Shown: in pieces, positions 29,692 through 39,239 of the stretch
Layout: every line of letters starts with the position of its first letter
How positions within the stretch are numbered: position 1 is the first letter of the stretch
Assembly (NCBI GenBank): GCA_015661515.1
Contig: DQVX01000016.1
Location: 7-64,006 of the forward strand
Direction of reading: 5' to 3'
Source of the DNA: Nanobdellota archaeon
GTDB lineage: Archaea > Aenigmatarchaeota > Aenigmatarchaeia > Aenigmatarchaeales > SZUA-1535
DNA: 64,000 nt
Translations under genes and position numbers: made by a program
Notes under the pieces: generated by a model
What the model was told of the DNA's origin: nothing
Seen by the model: the letters and a program-made list of their open reading frames with translations, nothing else
The model's database searches: none

Positions 29692-31275
29692 TTACACCGA
29701 TATTTTGCTTACATCATAGAAACTTTTATAATCTATCATTTTCTCAAGCTTTTTAATATCTCTTTTGTAGAAATCTTCTTTAAGTTTTCTTTTCTTTTTT
29801 CTTTCCCATTCTTTTATACTCATTGAATATTTCTTCTGTATTTTATCCCTATACCATTGAGGAATCACATTAAATGCACAGAAAGGTACTATTTTTCCAT
29901 CAGGTTGTGCATAATGTATTGTGCATCTTTGTACTCTAGCTATATCATAGTTATAAAGATCCATAAAGTGCATTAGCCCTATAAATAGAGCTTTATGATG
30001 AATATCTCCCAAGGAGCGGTAATCATGTTTTATTATTGCTTTGAAAAGCATTTTGGCAAAATCTAATCCTTTTGGTTGAGATTTTTTATCAATAAAGCTT
30101 CTTAGTTTCCAAAGCACTTTAAGTGCTACAAGAATTTTTGATTTTCCTTTTTCTATTTCTTCTGTTTTTTCTTCAAGATATTCAAGCAAACCTTCGACAT
30201 CAAGAAATCTTGGAAGAGGTATTATTTTACCATCTTTACCTTTAAATAAATATGTTGCCATGCCACATGCAAAATGTGAAGATAAGTAATATTGTGGTTT
30301 TCCTGTAAAAACTTCTATGAAGCGAGAAAGAGCATGTGGTGTCGGAACAGGATAAAAATCTTCTGGCTCTACTATACCAGTTTCGGCTAATTTTTCTATT
30401 ACTTCTGGAATAGTTATTCTATATTTCTTAACCTCTGCTTTAGTCAATTTCCCTACCAATGAAACAGGTTGATAATTAATTCCTCTTACTATATCCATGT
30501 ATTTTATTCCAAATTTAAGTATATTTCCAACTTCATGATCATTGAAAGTTTTTACAACAGTCGGAACAAGCACTATTCCCAAACCTGCTTTTCTGCAGTT
30601 TTCTATTACAAGAGGTATTTCCCAATAATTTTTGAAATTTGTTTTTGGGCTAAGACCATCAAAACTAAGATAAACAGTATTAACACCAGCTTTTCTAACT
30701 TTTATTGCAAACTCAGGATCTAATGCAAGTCTTATACCATTTGTATTTAATTGTACATGGTCAAATCCTTCTTCTTTGGCTATCTCAATTATTCTAATTA
30801 TATCATCTCTAAGCGTTGGTTCTCCACCTGTAAATTGCACAGCTTTTGCTGGAATAGGTTTCATTGCTCTTAATTTTCTAAGCATTTTTCTTATTGTTTT
30901 TAGATCTGGCTCATAAACATAGCCCATGGCTTTTGCATAGAAAAAGCAATAAAAACATTGCAAATCACAGCGATTTGTAACAACAATATTTGCTAAAGCT
31001 GTATGCGACTTGTGTCTTGTACATATTCCACAATTTTTTGGGCAAGGATATTTTGGTTTTATACCATTTTTCACTCCTTTGCCATCACGAGCAAATTTCA
31101 TTGCCCTTAAATACATTTCATAGCTTGCATAGTAAAGATCTTCAAATTTTCCATGCTTAGGACAAGTTTTTCGAATATATACTTTTCCTTTTCTTTCAAA
31201 AATTACAGCTGGAAGGATTCTTAGACATTCAGGACAAAGGCTTTGAGTTTCAGCTATTTTTTTCATGTGAATCAA
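29692..31275 (-). CDS. radical SAM protein with N-terminal Zn-ribbon (527 aa); possibly tetraether-lipid-synthase (Tes/GDGT-MAS)-like
   Basis: 'CPECL...CPKHG' N-terminal ribbon; 'NRCDLQCFYCFF' Cx3CxxC; long C-terminal extension without SPASM or B12 motifs. Confidence 0.6.
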   Translation of the reverse strand: MIHMKKIAETQSLCPECLRILPAVIFERKGKVYIRKTCPKHGKFEDLYYASYEMYLRAMKFARDGKGVKNGIKPKYPCPKNCGICTRHKSHTALANIVVTNRCDLQCFYCFFYAKAMGYVYEPDLKTIRKMLRKLRAMKPIPAKAVQFTGGEPTLRDDIIRIIEIAKEEGFDHVQLNTNGIRLALDPEFAIKVRKAGVNTVYLSFDGLSPKTNFKNYWEIPLVIENCRKAGLGIVLVPTVVKTFNDHEVGNILKFGIKYMDIVRGINYQPVSLVGKLTKAEVKKYRITIPEVIEKLAETGIVEPEDFYPVPTPHALSRFIEVFTGKPQYYLSSHFACGMATYLFKGKDGKIIPLPRFLDVEGLLEYLEEKTEEIEKGKSKILVALKVLWKLRSFIDKKSQPKGLDFAKMLFKAIIKHDYRSLGDIHHKALFIGLMHFMDLYNYDIARVQRCTIHYAQPDGKIVPFCAFNVIPQWYRDKIQKKYSMSIKEWERKKKRKLKEDFYKRDIKKLEKMIDYKSFYDVSKISV

Positions 31276-31806
31276 CTTTTAATACTTTTTAAATATTTAA
31301 AAAGTTTAAAAAATTATATAAAGCTTGTGGTCGGAAAAACTTTAGAAGAAATAGAACGTGAGATATATTCACTTTTTGCAGAAGTAGCAAGAGCTCTTGG
31401 ATATAGTGAGATTCACGGAAAAATTATTGCAGCCCTTTTAGTTAAAGGCGGAGAAGCTTCTCTTCAAGAGCTTGCTAAAAGTACAAAATACTCTCCTTCA
31501 ATGATTTCACTTTCCTTAGATTTGCTTGAATTTTTTGAAGTGATTAAAAAAGTTAAGCATACTGGCGATAGAAAGTTATATGTAAAGCTTCAAGGAAGTT
31601 TATTGGATAGTTTGAAAAGAGCTTTTATCATAAAATTACAGAAAAATGTAGAAAATTCTCTTGCAAAATTCGAGGAATATAAAAGAGAGCTCAGAAAAAG
31701 TAAAGAAAAAGATGCAAAAAAGGTAATGAAAACCTTAGAAATATTAGAAAATGAACTTAAAAGATTAAAGAAGTTTTTAAATATTGCAATGAACATAAAA
31801 TTTTAA
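31243..31806 (+). CDS. winged-helix transcriptional regulator (probable true start near 31320, TTG/GTG)
   Basis: 'ASLQELAKSTKYSPSMISLSLDLLEFFEVIKKVKHTGDRKLYVKL' wHTH followed by a coiled-coil tail. The first 30 nt overlap the divergent radical SAM start. Confidence 0.5.
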   Translation: MSFSYFFHVNQLLILFKYLKSLKNYIKLVVGKTLEEIEREIYSLFAEVARALGYSEIHGKIIAALLVKGGEASLQELAKSTKYSPSMISLSLDLLEFFEVIKKVKHTGDRKLYVKLQGSLLDSLKRAFIIKLQKNVENSLAKFEEYKRELRKSKEKDAKKVMKTLEILENELKRLKKFLNIAMNIKF

Positions 31807-31808
31807 TT

Positions 31809-31937
31809 ATGCTTGGAATATGCGCTGTTTGCGGTAAGCCTGCAAAGCTTAGATGTAAAGTTTGCGGTGCAGTTGTATGTGAGAACTGTATTTTAAGTTA
31901 TGGATGTAAGCTTTGTAAAGGAATAATTAATTATTGA
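31809..31937 (+). CDS. 8-Cys mini-protein (42 aa, four CxxC pairs), not in ORF track
   Basis: 'MLGICAVCGKPAKLRCKVCGAVVCENCILSYGCKLCKGIINY' is a double zinc ribbon. It starts 2 nt after the regulator's stop. Confidence 0.5.
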   Translation: MLGICAVCGKPAKLRCKVCGAVVCENCILSYGCKLCKGIINY

Positions 31938-31943
31938 TAAAAT

Positions 31944-33848
31944 TTATCCAAACCACCAATACCCTGCCCAGGGCCATGGCATTTGAAATGCTATATCTGC
32001 TGTTCTCGCTGTTGAGCTTCGGACACAAAAATTAAATGCAGAATTTTCTTGGAAAGACATAAATTTACCTTCTTGGAGCGAAACCCATATACATTGTCTG
32101 CAGCAATCCACTTCATTTTTACATTCTCCAGTCTCATCATACCATTTTGAACAAATATTATCGCATATTTTTGTTGGATCTTCGCAATCTCCTATCCAAA
32201 ACTGAGCATAAGCAAAACAAGGAGAAGCTAAGTAAAAATTATGCATTCCCGTTTCTTTAAAACCGCGATAAAAAAACTCTAATTTTCTATTCGCATTCAT
32301 TACTTTTATTCCGCATATTTTTGAGTTCTTCAAAGCATCCATGAGCTCTTTTTTCTTATAAGTTTTAGGAGCCATACCTGGACCTTTTATGCATATAGCA
32401 TTCCTACATTTTTCAGCTTCTCCTTTCACAGTTTCATATTTTGCTTCAAGTGTGTGAGCAATAAAAATAGGTGCGAATGTTACAGAAACTCCGTATAAAC
32501 AATTTTTGACTGTTCTTTCTTTCAACTCTTCATTTTCTAAAATTTCTTTTACTTTTCCAAGAGGTTTAGCTTCAATTTTTCCTGTATTTGGGTTATAATC
32601 TATTTCATATACTATCCAGTCTTTCATGTTTTTTGATGTGATATCCATTAAATCAACTTCTTGAATACTGTATCCTGTTGGAGATGAGGGGTCTTTCTTA
32701 AGTAAAAGCGTTTTTATTTTTGTTCTTCCGTTTTCTGTAACTTTTTTTAGTAAAAGAGACCATGCAGCGGTTTGGGTAATTTCTTTAGCAATTTCAGTTC
32801 CATCATTAAAGTAATAATATTGAGCATCTTCATCGGTTATATATCCAGCATTTTTCAAAGTTTCTATAATTACTTCAGGAGAAGCTATTCCCAAAGCAGC
32901 ACCGCTAAAAGAGCATATCCATGCTTGGTTATTCTCAATAAGAATTTTTAGTTTTTGGAAAAATATTGGTGCTCTTTTTTTAAGTTCTGTCGAAGCTTTT
33001 TTAATATTAGTTTTCGAAGGAAGAATAAAAGCCAAATTCTTAACATTAAAGTACTTTTTTGCTTTTTCTGTATAGTCTTTTAAACTTTGTTTGAATTTGT
33101 CAATCCTTTTAGCAGCTTCTTTATCCCCACCTTTTTCTAATCCTTTCGCAATCTCATCTAAGGCAGAAAGCATATCGTCTCCAGTTTCAGCTCTAATCAC
33201 ATATAATTTACCATCCTTTACCATAGGTTCTTTAACTTTTTTCCCACCAATTTTAATTGAGCCTCCAGTAAAATGTATTACTGCTTTTCCAAGTTTTGTT
33301 GTACCCCTTCCAAGTAGTTTAGCTGCTTCTGTTGCAAGTTTTATTCCAGTTCCGTATTTGAATATAAGCTTTCCAGCTATTTTCCCACCTTTTATTATAC
33401 CTTTACTGATTGGCCCACCAAGAAATATAAGTGCAACATCTAAGTAAAACCACCCGCTCCACGCATCACTTTCGACGTTTTCATATCTATCCCAGTAAAT
33501 TATATATTTAGGGTCTCCTAAAGCAGGGAGAGCTTCTTTTGAAATCATATTAAGTTCTTGTGGAAGAATAATCGGAACTCCACATGGCTTTTTTTCTAAA
33601 TAAGGAACTTCACATATTACAACATCTCCGTTACTCTTTCCTCCATATCTGTACGAATAATTATATTCTTCATAATTTTTTGCCACTTCAATAAAAGCGT
33701 CAACTAATCTTTTCTGTGTATTTAAAGCTTCCATTTTCATAAGAAAATCTTTTCCAAAAAGCAAATATGCAAGACCAAAAACAACTAAAGCAAAAACTAT
33801 TATTCTAACTAAAAATTCTAAATTAAGAGATAGAGCTTTTCTTATCAT
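31944..33848 (-). CDS. large signal-anchored extracellular protein with Cys-rich, aromatic C-terminus
   Basis: N-terminal TM 'IVFALVVFGLAYLLF'. The C-terminal 100 aa carry about 14 Cys ('DCEDPTKICDNICSKWYDETGECKNEVDCCRQC') and end 'WPWAGYWWFG'. Confidence 0.5.
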   Translation of the reverse strand: MIRKALSLNLEFLVRIIVFALVVFGLAYLLFGKDFLMKMEALNTQKRLVDAFIEVAKNYEEYNYSYRYGGKSNGDVVICEVPYLEKKPCGVPIILPQELNMISKEALPALGDPKYIIYWDRYENVESDAWSGWFYLDVALIFLGGPISKGIIKGGKIAGKLIFKYGTGIKLATEAAKLLGRGTTKLGKAVIHFTGGSIKIGGKKVKEPMVKDGKLYVIRAETGDDMLSALDEIAKGLEKGGDKEAAKRIDKFKQSLKDYTEKAKKYFNVKNLAFILPSKTNIKKASTELKKRAPIFFQKLKILIENNQAWICSFSGAALGIASPEVIIETLKNAGYITDEDAQYYYFNDGTEIAKEITQTAAWSLLLKKVTENGRTKIKTLLLKKDPSSPTGYSIQEVDLMDITSKNMKDWIVYEIDYNPNTGKIEAKPLGKVKEILENEELKERTVKNCLYGVSVTFAPIFIAHTLEAKYETVKGEAEKCRNAICIKGPGMAPKTYKKKELMDALKNSKICGIKVMNANRKLEFFYRGFKETGMHNFYLASPCFAYAQFWIGDCEDPTKICDNICSKWYDETGECKNEVDCCRQCIWVSLQEGKFMSFQENSAFNFCVRSSTARTADIAFQMPWPWAGYWWFG

Positions 33849-33915
33849 AATAATAAAATCTTAATTTCTTAATTATTAATAAGTTTTATATTTTTCAGTT
33901 CTAAAATTTTTCTTC

Positions 33916-35577
33916 ATGGATTTAGAAAAAAAAGTTAGTGAAGTAGCAAAAAAATATGCTTTACTAAATGCTTTAGAATTTGGAAAAGCTAATGAAAAAG
34001 CTGTTATAGGAAAAGTATTTGCAGAACTTAAAGAAGCCAAAAATAAAGCTAAAGATATTTTGAAAATAGTTAAAGAAATTGTTAATGAAGTAAATTCTCT
34101 TTCTCATGAAGAGATAAAAAAGCTTTGCAGTCAACTTGAATTGTTAAAAGAAAGGGAAAAAAGAAAACAACAAAAAACACTTCCAGAACTTCCTGTTAAA
34201 ACTAAGCCTGTATTTCGTATAGCACCAAATCCTAATGGACCTTTGCACATAGGACATGCAAGAATGGTTGTGCTTAATGATGAATATGCAAAAAAATATA
34301 ATGGAAAACTTATTCTTCGTTTCGATGACACAGATCCCAAGAATCCTGCAAAGCGAGCTATAAAAGAAGCTTATCAAATGATACGAGAAGATCTAAAATG
34401 GCTAAATGTAACTTGGCATGAAGAAATTATAGCTTCACAACGCTTAGAAATTTACTATAAATGGTTTGAGAAATGCATAGAAAAAGGAATAGCATATATA
34501 TGCACATGCGATGCAGAGGAATGGAGAAAAAAAGTAAGAGAGCAAAGAATTCCTTGTGAATGTAGAAAGAGAAGTATAAATGAAAACTTAGAATTATGGA
34601 AAAAAATGCTTTGTTATGAATTTAAAGAAAATGAAGCTGTTGGGAGAATAAAAACTTCTTTACAAGAAACCGATCCTGCAGTTATAGATTGGGTTGCATT
34701 TCGTATAGTTGATAATCCTCAACATCCTCTTTATCCTCAAAACCCTCCAAAAGTTTGGCCTACATTAGATTTTGCTTCAGCAATAGATGATAAATTATGT
34801 GGAGTAACTCATATATTAAGAGGAAAAGATTTAGCTATTTGTGAAAAAAGGCAACGAATATTGTATAAAGCTTTTGGTTGGGAATATCCAAAAGTTTTTG
34901 TTTTTGGAAAAATTTTTTCAGAAGAATATGTATTTTCTACAAGTAAAATTCGTGAGCAAATAGAGAAAAAAGTTTTTTCTGGTTTCGATGATCCAAGATT
35001 ACCAACACTTAGAGCTTTTAAAAAACGAGGAATTACTCCACAAGCTATAAGAAATTATATAATTTCTTTGGGCTTAAATGAAGCTGAAACAAAATTTGAC
35101 CCAAAAATACTTTATGCAGAAAATAGAAAAATAATAGATCCTATAGCAAAAAGGTTTTTCTTTGTTGAAAATCCAGTAGAAATAGAGCTTAGTGAAATAC
35201 CGCTTGAAAAAGTTAAAGCTCCTTTATATCCTGATAAAAGCCAATATAGAGAAATAGAAATAAGTGAAAAAATTTTTGTAGAAAAACAAGATTTCGAAAA
35301 ATTAAAAGGTAAAGAAGTAAGACTAATGCATTTTTGCAATGTAATATTAGATAAGAAAGCTGAAGTTACAGGAATAGAGAATAAAGATATTCCCAAAATC
35401 CACTGGGTTAGTGAAAAAAGTTATGTTGAAGCAAGATTAATTTATCCTGAAAAAAGCGTTAAAGGATATGCAGAAAAGAATATTGAAAATGTAGAAAAAA
35501 ATGAAATTGTTCAATTTGAGCGTGTTGGTTTTGCAAGATGCGAAGAAAAGTTATTGTTCTTTTTTGCTCATAAGTAG
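33916..35577 (+). CDS. gltX: glutamate--tRNA ligase (archaeal, likely non-discriminating)
   Basis: 'RIAPNPNGPLHIGHAR' HIGH motif, 'VFSTSK' KMSKS-like motif, 553 aa with the archaeal anticodon-binding C-terminus. Confidence 0.85.
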   Translation: MDLEKKVSEVAKKYALLNALEFGKANEKAVIGKVFAELKEAKNKAKDILKIVKEIVNEVNSLSHEEIKKLCSQLELLKEREKRKQQKTLPELPVKTKPVFRIAPNPNGPLHIGHARMVVLNDEYAKKYNGKLILRFDDTDPKNPAKRAIKEAYQMIREDLKWLNVTWHEEIIASQRLEIYYKWFEKCIEKGIAYICTCDAEEWRKKVREQRIPCECRKRSINENLELWKKMLCYEFKENEAVGRIKTSLQETDPAVIDWVAFRIVDNPQHPLYPQNPPKVWPTLDFASAIDDKLCGVTHILRGKDLAICEKRQRILYKAFGWEYPKVFVFGKIFSEEYVFSTSKIREQIEKKVFSGFDDPRLPTLRAFKKRGITPQAIRNYIISLGLNEAETKFDPKILYAENRKIIDPIAKRFFFVENPVEIELSEIPLEKVKAPLYPDKSQYREIEISEKIFVEKQDFEKLKGKEVRLMHFCNVILDKKAEVTGIENKDIPKIHWVSEKSYVEARLIYPEKSVKGYAEKNIENVEKNEIVQFERVGFARCEEKLLFFFAHK

Positions 35578-36228
35578 ATAAGGTAAGATGTGTGAGCTGA
35601 TTTCTCAGCTATGTGAATACATTACCGAGAAAGAGCCAATTTCTTTACCTTTAGATAGAAAAATCTGCGAGGAGATTTACACCGATAATCTTTCTTTAAG
35701 AGAAATAAAAAGAATACGGAGAAAACTCCCAGAAATATGTAAAAACTTCTTTTACTAAATTCTCATTAATTTTCTAAAAAAAGATGAGAATATAAAATTA
35801 GAGATTTGTGAATTTAAGAAAAAAATAATAAACGAGCAAAATTGAAAGAATTTATAAATATTGAAAATGTAGCTGCAAAAGGTTTGGAAAAACTTCTACA
35901 ATATGAAGAAGCTGTAGAAATAGCCCAAAAACAAAATTTTTCTGCTGAAAAAGCAAAAGAACTTTTCCTTTACTGGCTTTAAAATTTTTCTTAAAAATTG
36001 TAAAAATTGGTGTTGCCCATTGCCGTGCTCGGGTCCCAGAACATTTAGTGATAATTCAAATGAAAAATTTTACTGAAGTTCTTGTTGAAGAATGTATGAA
36101 AGCTAAAAAATTGGAATATCTTAATGCTTTAATTGATATGCTCTTTATCAATCTTGTAATGATACTTTTTGGGTATAAATATACTCAGCTTAAATGTATT
36201 AAAAAATCTGGAATATCTTTTTAATTTT

Positions 36229-36927
36229 TTATATCCTATGGCTTAAAGCAGATTCTTCATGAGGAAAAACAACAATACCTTTTTCTGTTATTTTATAAGG
36301 GTGTATTCTTTGAGAATGGTTTGTATAACGCATTTTCCATATTGTAAGGGCTCTTGCAAAATATGTATTAACCCGCATATAATAATAAACTATTACTCCA
36401 TCTGCTAAAAATTCTTCTACTCCGAATCTTGAAAGCTCTGATTGATTTGGAAGTATTTCTGAAGTTAAAATTGTTGTGCATCCAAGCTTGTAAATATTTG
36501 ATACAAGAAGATATATACTTCTTCTAACTTCTGTAGGATCACGAATATACATTCCTAATGCAGAAATAGAATCTATTACAAGCCTTTTTGCATTTATTTT
36601 TCTTACAGAACTTACAATTATATCTATTACTTCTTCAACATGAAACGGATCATAACGAAGCATAATAATTTTTCCTTGTTTTTCGGCTGTTTCAAAATCC
36701 CAACCAAATTGTTTAGCATTACTTTTTACTTGTTCTACAGGCTCTTCAAAAGTTATATATACACCATTTTCTCCATGTTGTACTCCATACCACAAAAACT
36801 GTAAAGAGCTTAATGTTTTACCAGTTCCACATGTTCCACTAAGAAGAATTACAGATCCTTTTGGGAAACCACCTTCAATTAATTCATCTAACCCTGGTAT
36901 ACCCGAGGACACACGCTCCATGCTCAC
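36229..36927 (-). CDS. flaH: KaiC/RecA-like ATPase, FlaH(ArlH)-like
   Basis: 232 aa; 'LLSGTCGTGKTLSSLQFLWYG' Walker A in the KaiC-type context; lies directly downstream of the FlaI-like ATPase. Confidence 0.6.
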   Translation of the reverse strand: MSMERVSSGIPGLDELIEGGFPKGSVILLSGTCGTGKTLSSLQFLWYGVQHGENGVYITFEEPVEQVKSNAKQFGWDFETAEKQGKIIMLRYDPFHVEEVIDIIVSSVRKINAKRLVIDSISALGMYIRDPTEVRRSIYLLVSNIYKLGCTTILTSEILPNQSELSRFGVEEFLADGVIVYYYMRVNTYFARALTIWKMRYTNHSQRIHPYKITEKGIVVFPHEESALSHRI

Positions 36928-36945
36928 ACCTTATAATTTTGAGTT

Positions 36946-38559
36946 TTAAATTTTTATACCAGCCTTTTTTATAACATCTTCAGGATTTTTATAATACTCT
37001 GAAATTATTTTAGAAACTTCATCATATTTTTTAATACCCTTTCTACTCATCCAAAGAAGAATTTGTTTTCTTATTTCCATTTCTTTTTCAAGCTCTGAAG
37101 GAGTTAAACCTATTTGTCTTGAAATCTTATGTAAAATCCATAAATATGCATTTTTTTCAAATTCATCAGAAGCAGGAAGCCAAGAAAAAGCTCTATTTAT
37201 TCTTGCAGCCCCTGTTTTAGGATCAACACTTTGTAGCTCATCAATTTCTTTAACTCTTCTTGCCGCTTTTCCTTTTTCTGCAGCATGAACCATGAAAATT
37301 AAAAGATCTAAAGTTTCTATAAGAGTTGGAGATAATTCTATTGGCGGAGTTTCTAAACGATAAATTACGTCTTCAACTTTACCAGCATGCATAGTACCAA
37401 AACAACTATGTCCAGAAGCCATGCCTTGAAACATTACATATGCTTCTTTTCCTCTAATTTCTCCGACTATAACATAATCTGGATTTTGTCTAAAACTTGC
37501 TTTAAGTAAATCAAACATCGTAACTTCTCCATATTTTCCACCTTCTTTTGTTAATATCCCAAAACCTGTTCTTGTAACTGCAGGAATCCAATTTTCATGA
37601 GGTAAATAAAGTTCTCTTGTATCTTCTATACTAACTATTTTTGCTTCAGGAGGAATAAAAAGAGAGAGAGCATTTAAAAGTGTTGTTTTTCCGGTAGCAA
37701 CACCACCGCATATAAGAAGAGAGCATTTATGTTCTATAGCTAACCATAAATAGGCAAGCATTTCTGCTGAAAGTGTATTTAGCTCCATTAGCTCTACAGG
37801 AGAAAATGGGTTTTTTCTAAATTTTCTTATTGAAAAAGTAGGTCCTCGAGTTGTTACATCTTCTGCTAATGTAGCTTGAACTCTTGAACCATCTGGGAGA
37901 GTTCCATCGAGTAAAGGCTCTGCATAAGATATATATCTTCCACATCTTTCAGCAAGCTTTATTACAAAATCTTTAAGTCTTTCTTTATCTCTGAAAATTA
38001 TATTTGTTCTCATAGATCCAAAACGTTTATGAACAACATAAATAGGAATATTAACTCCGTCACAACCTATGTCTTCTATATAAGGATCATGGAAAAGCGG
38101 TTCTATTTCATTTAATCCTACAAAATCTCTGAAAATATAATAAAGTATTTTCAAATATGTTTGTTTTTTAAGTTTTAAATTAAGTTCTTTAATTACCTTT
38201 TTTACAAGATTTTCAATATAATGCGCTACTTCTCCACTACCTTTTATTTTAGAAAGACCTACATCAATTATTTCTAGCATTGCATTTTGAATTTTTTCTA
38301 AAAGCTTTTTTTCCTCTTCACTAAGCTTTGGTTCAACCACATTATAAACAAGAGTTTTAAGATTATCATCCCATTTTATTCTTGCATACGCATATGGAGG
38401 CAATAAAGGATATCTTATATCTACTTCTTTTAAGTTTTTATAGGTGGGAAGAAAAATAAATTTGGGTTTAAAAATTTCGAATTCGGGGTACTCTTCTTTT
38501 TCAATCCCTTTAAGAGCTAAATAAAGTGCTCCTCTAAGCTTTTTTATTGATTCTAACAT
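36946..38559 (-). CDS. flaI: type IV filament (archaellum/pilus) assembly ATPase, FlaI(ArlI)/TadA-like
   Basis: 'LICGGVATGKTTLLNALSLFIPPEAKIVSIEDTRELYL' Walker A and Asp box, plus 'GEIRG' Walker B and His box. The start is taken at the internal Met (MLESIKKL) 5 nt after the rps26e stop; the ORF track extends it to 38640. Confidence 0.7.
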   Translation of the reverse strand: MLESIKKLRGALYLALKGIEKEEYPEFEIFKPKFIFLPTYKNLKEVDIRYPLLPPYAYARIKWDDNLKTLVYNVVEPKLSEEEKKLLEKIQNAMLEIIDVGLSKIKGSGEVAHYIENLVKKVIKELNLKLKKQTYLKILYYIFRDFVGLNEIEPLFHDPYIEDIGCDGVNIPIYVVHKRFGSMRTNIIFRDKERLKDFVIKLAERCGRYISYAEPLLDGTLPDGSRVQATLAEDVTTRGPTFSIRKFRKNPFSPVELMELNTLSAEMLAYLWLAIEHKCSLLICGGVATGKTTLLNALSLFIPPEAKIVSIEDTRELYLPHENWIPAVTRTGFGILTKEGGKYGEVTMFDLLKASFRQNPDYVIVGEIRGKEAYVMFQGMASGHSCFGTMHAGKVEDVIYRLETPPIELSPTLIETLDLLIFMVHAAEKGKAARRVKEIDELQSVDPKTGAARINRAFSWLPASDEFEKNAYLWILHKISRQIGLTPSELEKEMEIRKQILLWMSRKGIKKYDEVSKIISEYYKNPEDVIKKAGIKI

Positions 38560-38564
38560 AAGCT

Positions 38565-38849
38565 TTACCTTTCTAGATGCTTTTTCCTTACCGTTTTTCC
38601 TTTTTGAACAATACCATGGAACCTTGCACAAGATGGACAAACATATATTTTTTGCTTGAATAAGTGTACCATTCTTTTATCAACAGATTGAAGGATTAAA
38701 GGATCTGTTATTCTAAATCCTCTATATGTCACTATGGTTTTATATCTCGGGACTTTTTTTCCACAAAAACCACAAAGTACAGTGCTTTCTCTACCTCTTC
38801 TTTTTGTATGTTCATATTTTCTTGTATAAGGAGCTACACTTATAGGCAT
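38565..38849 (-). CDS. rps26e: 30S ribosomal protein S26e (eS26)
   Basis: 'TKRRGRESTVLCGFCGKKVPRYKTIV...VCPSCARFHGIV' matches the eS26 pattern (RC-x2-C-x-R-x-VPKDKAI ... YC-x-SCAIHSK). Confidence 0.6.
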   Translation of the reverse strand: MPISVAPYTRKYEHTKRRGRESTVLCGFCGKKVPRYKTIVTYRGFRITDPLILQSVDKRMVHLFKQKIYVCPSCARFHGIVQKGKTVRKKHLER

Positions 38850-38921
38850 ACTACCACCTCCTTTTAATTATTTAAACAAAGATAAATAAAAAATTTAAAT
38901 ATAACAGCGTGATAGAAAATT

Positions 38922-39239
38922 ATGGAAATTTATTGTGAAAAATTTGTAAAATATTACCTATCAGCAATAAGAGCAATAATAGCAAAACTTCTTTTAGAAA
39001 AATATGATTTAACACAAAATGAAGTAGCCAAAAAAATGAAAACTACACAACCTGCTATTTCCCATTATATCCGCGAAGTTCGAGGAAAAAAAGTAAAAGA
39101 AATAGAAAATAATGAAGTTGTAATTAAAAAAATAAACGAATTTGTAGAAATGCTTTATAATAAAGAGTTAAGCGAAGAAGAGTTCCAAAAATTTTTTTGT
39201 GAAATATGCAAACTAATTTTAGGTGATAAAACTTGCTAA
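38922..39239 (+). CDS. small HTH-domain protein (105 aa)
   Basis: 'LTQNEVAKKMKTTQPAISHYIREV' helix-turn-helix; C-terminal 'CEICKL'. Confidence 0.4.
   Translation: MEIYCEKFVKYYLSAIRAIIAKLLLEKYDLTQNEVAKKMKTTQPAISHYIREVRGKKVKEIENNEVVIKKINEFVEMLYNKELSEEEFQKFFCEICKLILGDKTC

Noticed and set aside
36008-36045. GC-rich patch 'GGTGTTGCCCATTGCCGTGCTCGGGTCCCAGAAC' as a possible tRNA or ncRNA fragment
   Set aside because: It cannot be folded into a cloverleaf or a recognisable RNase P/SRP element. It is kept only as part of the decayed-region finding.
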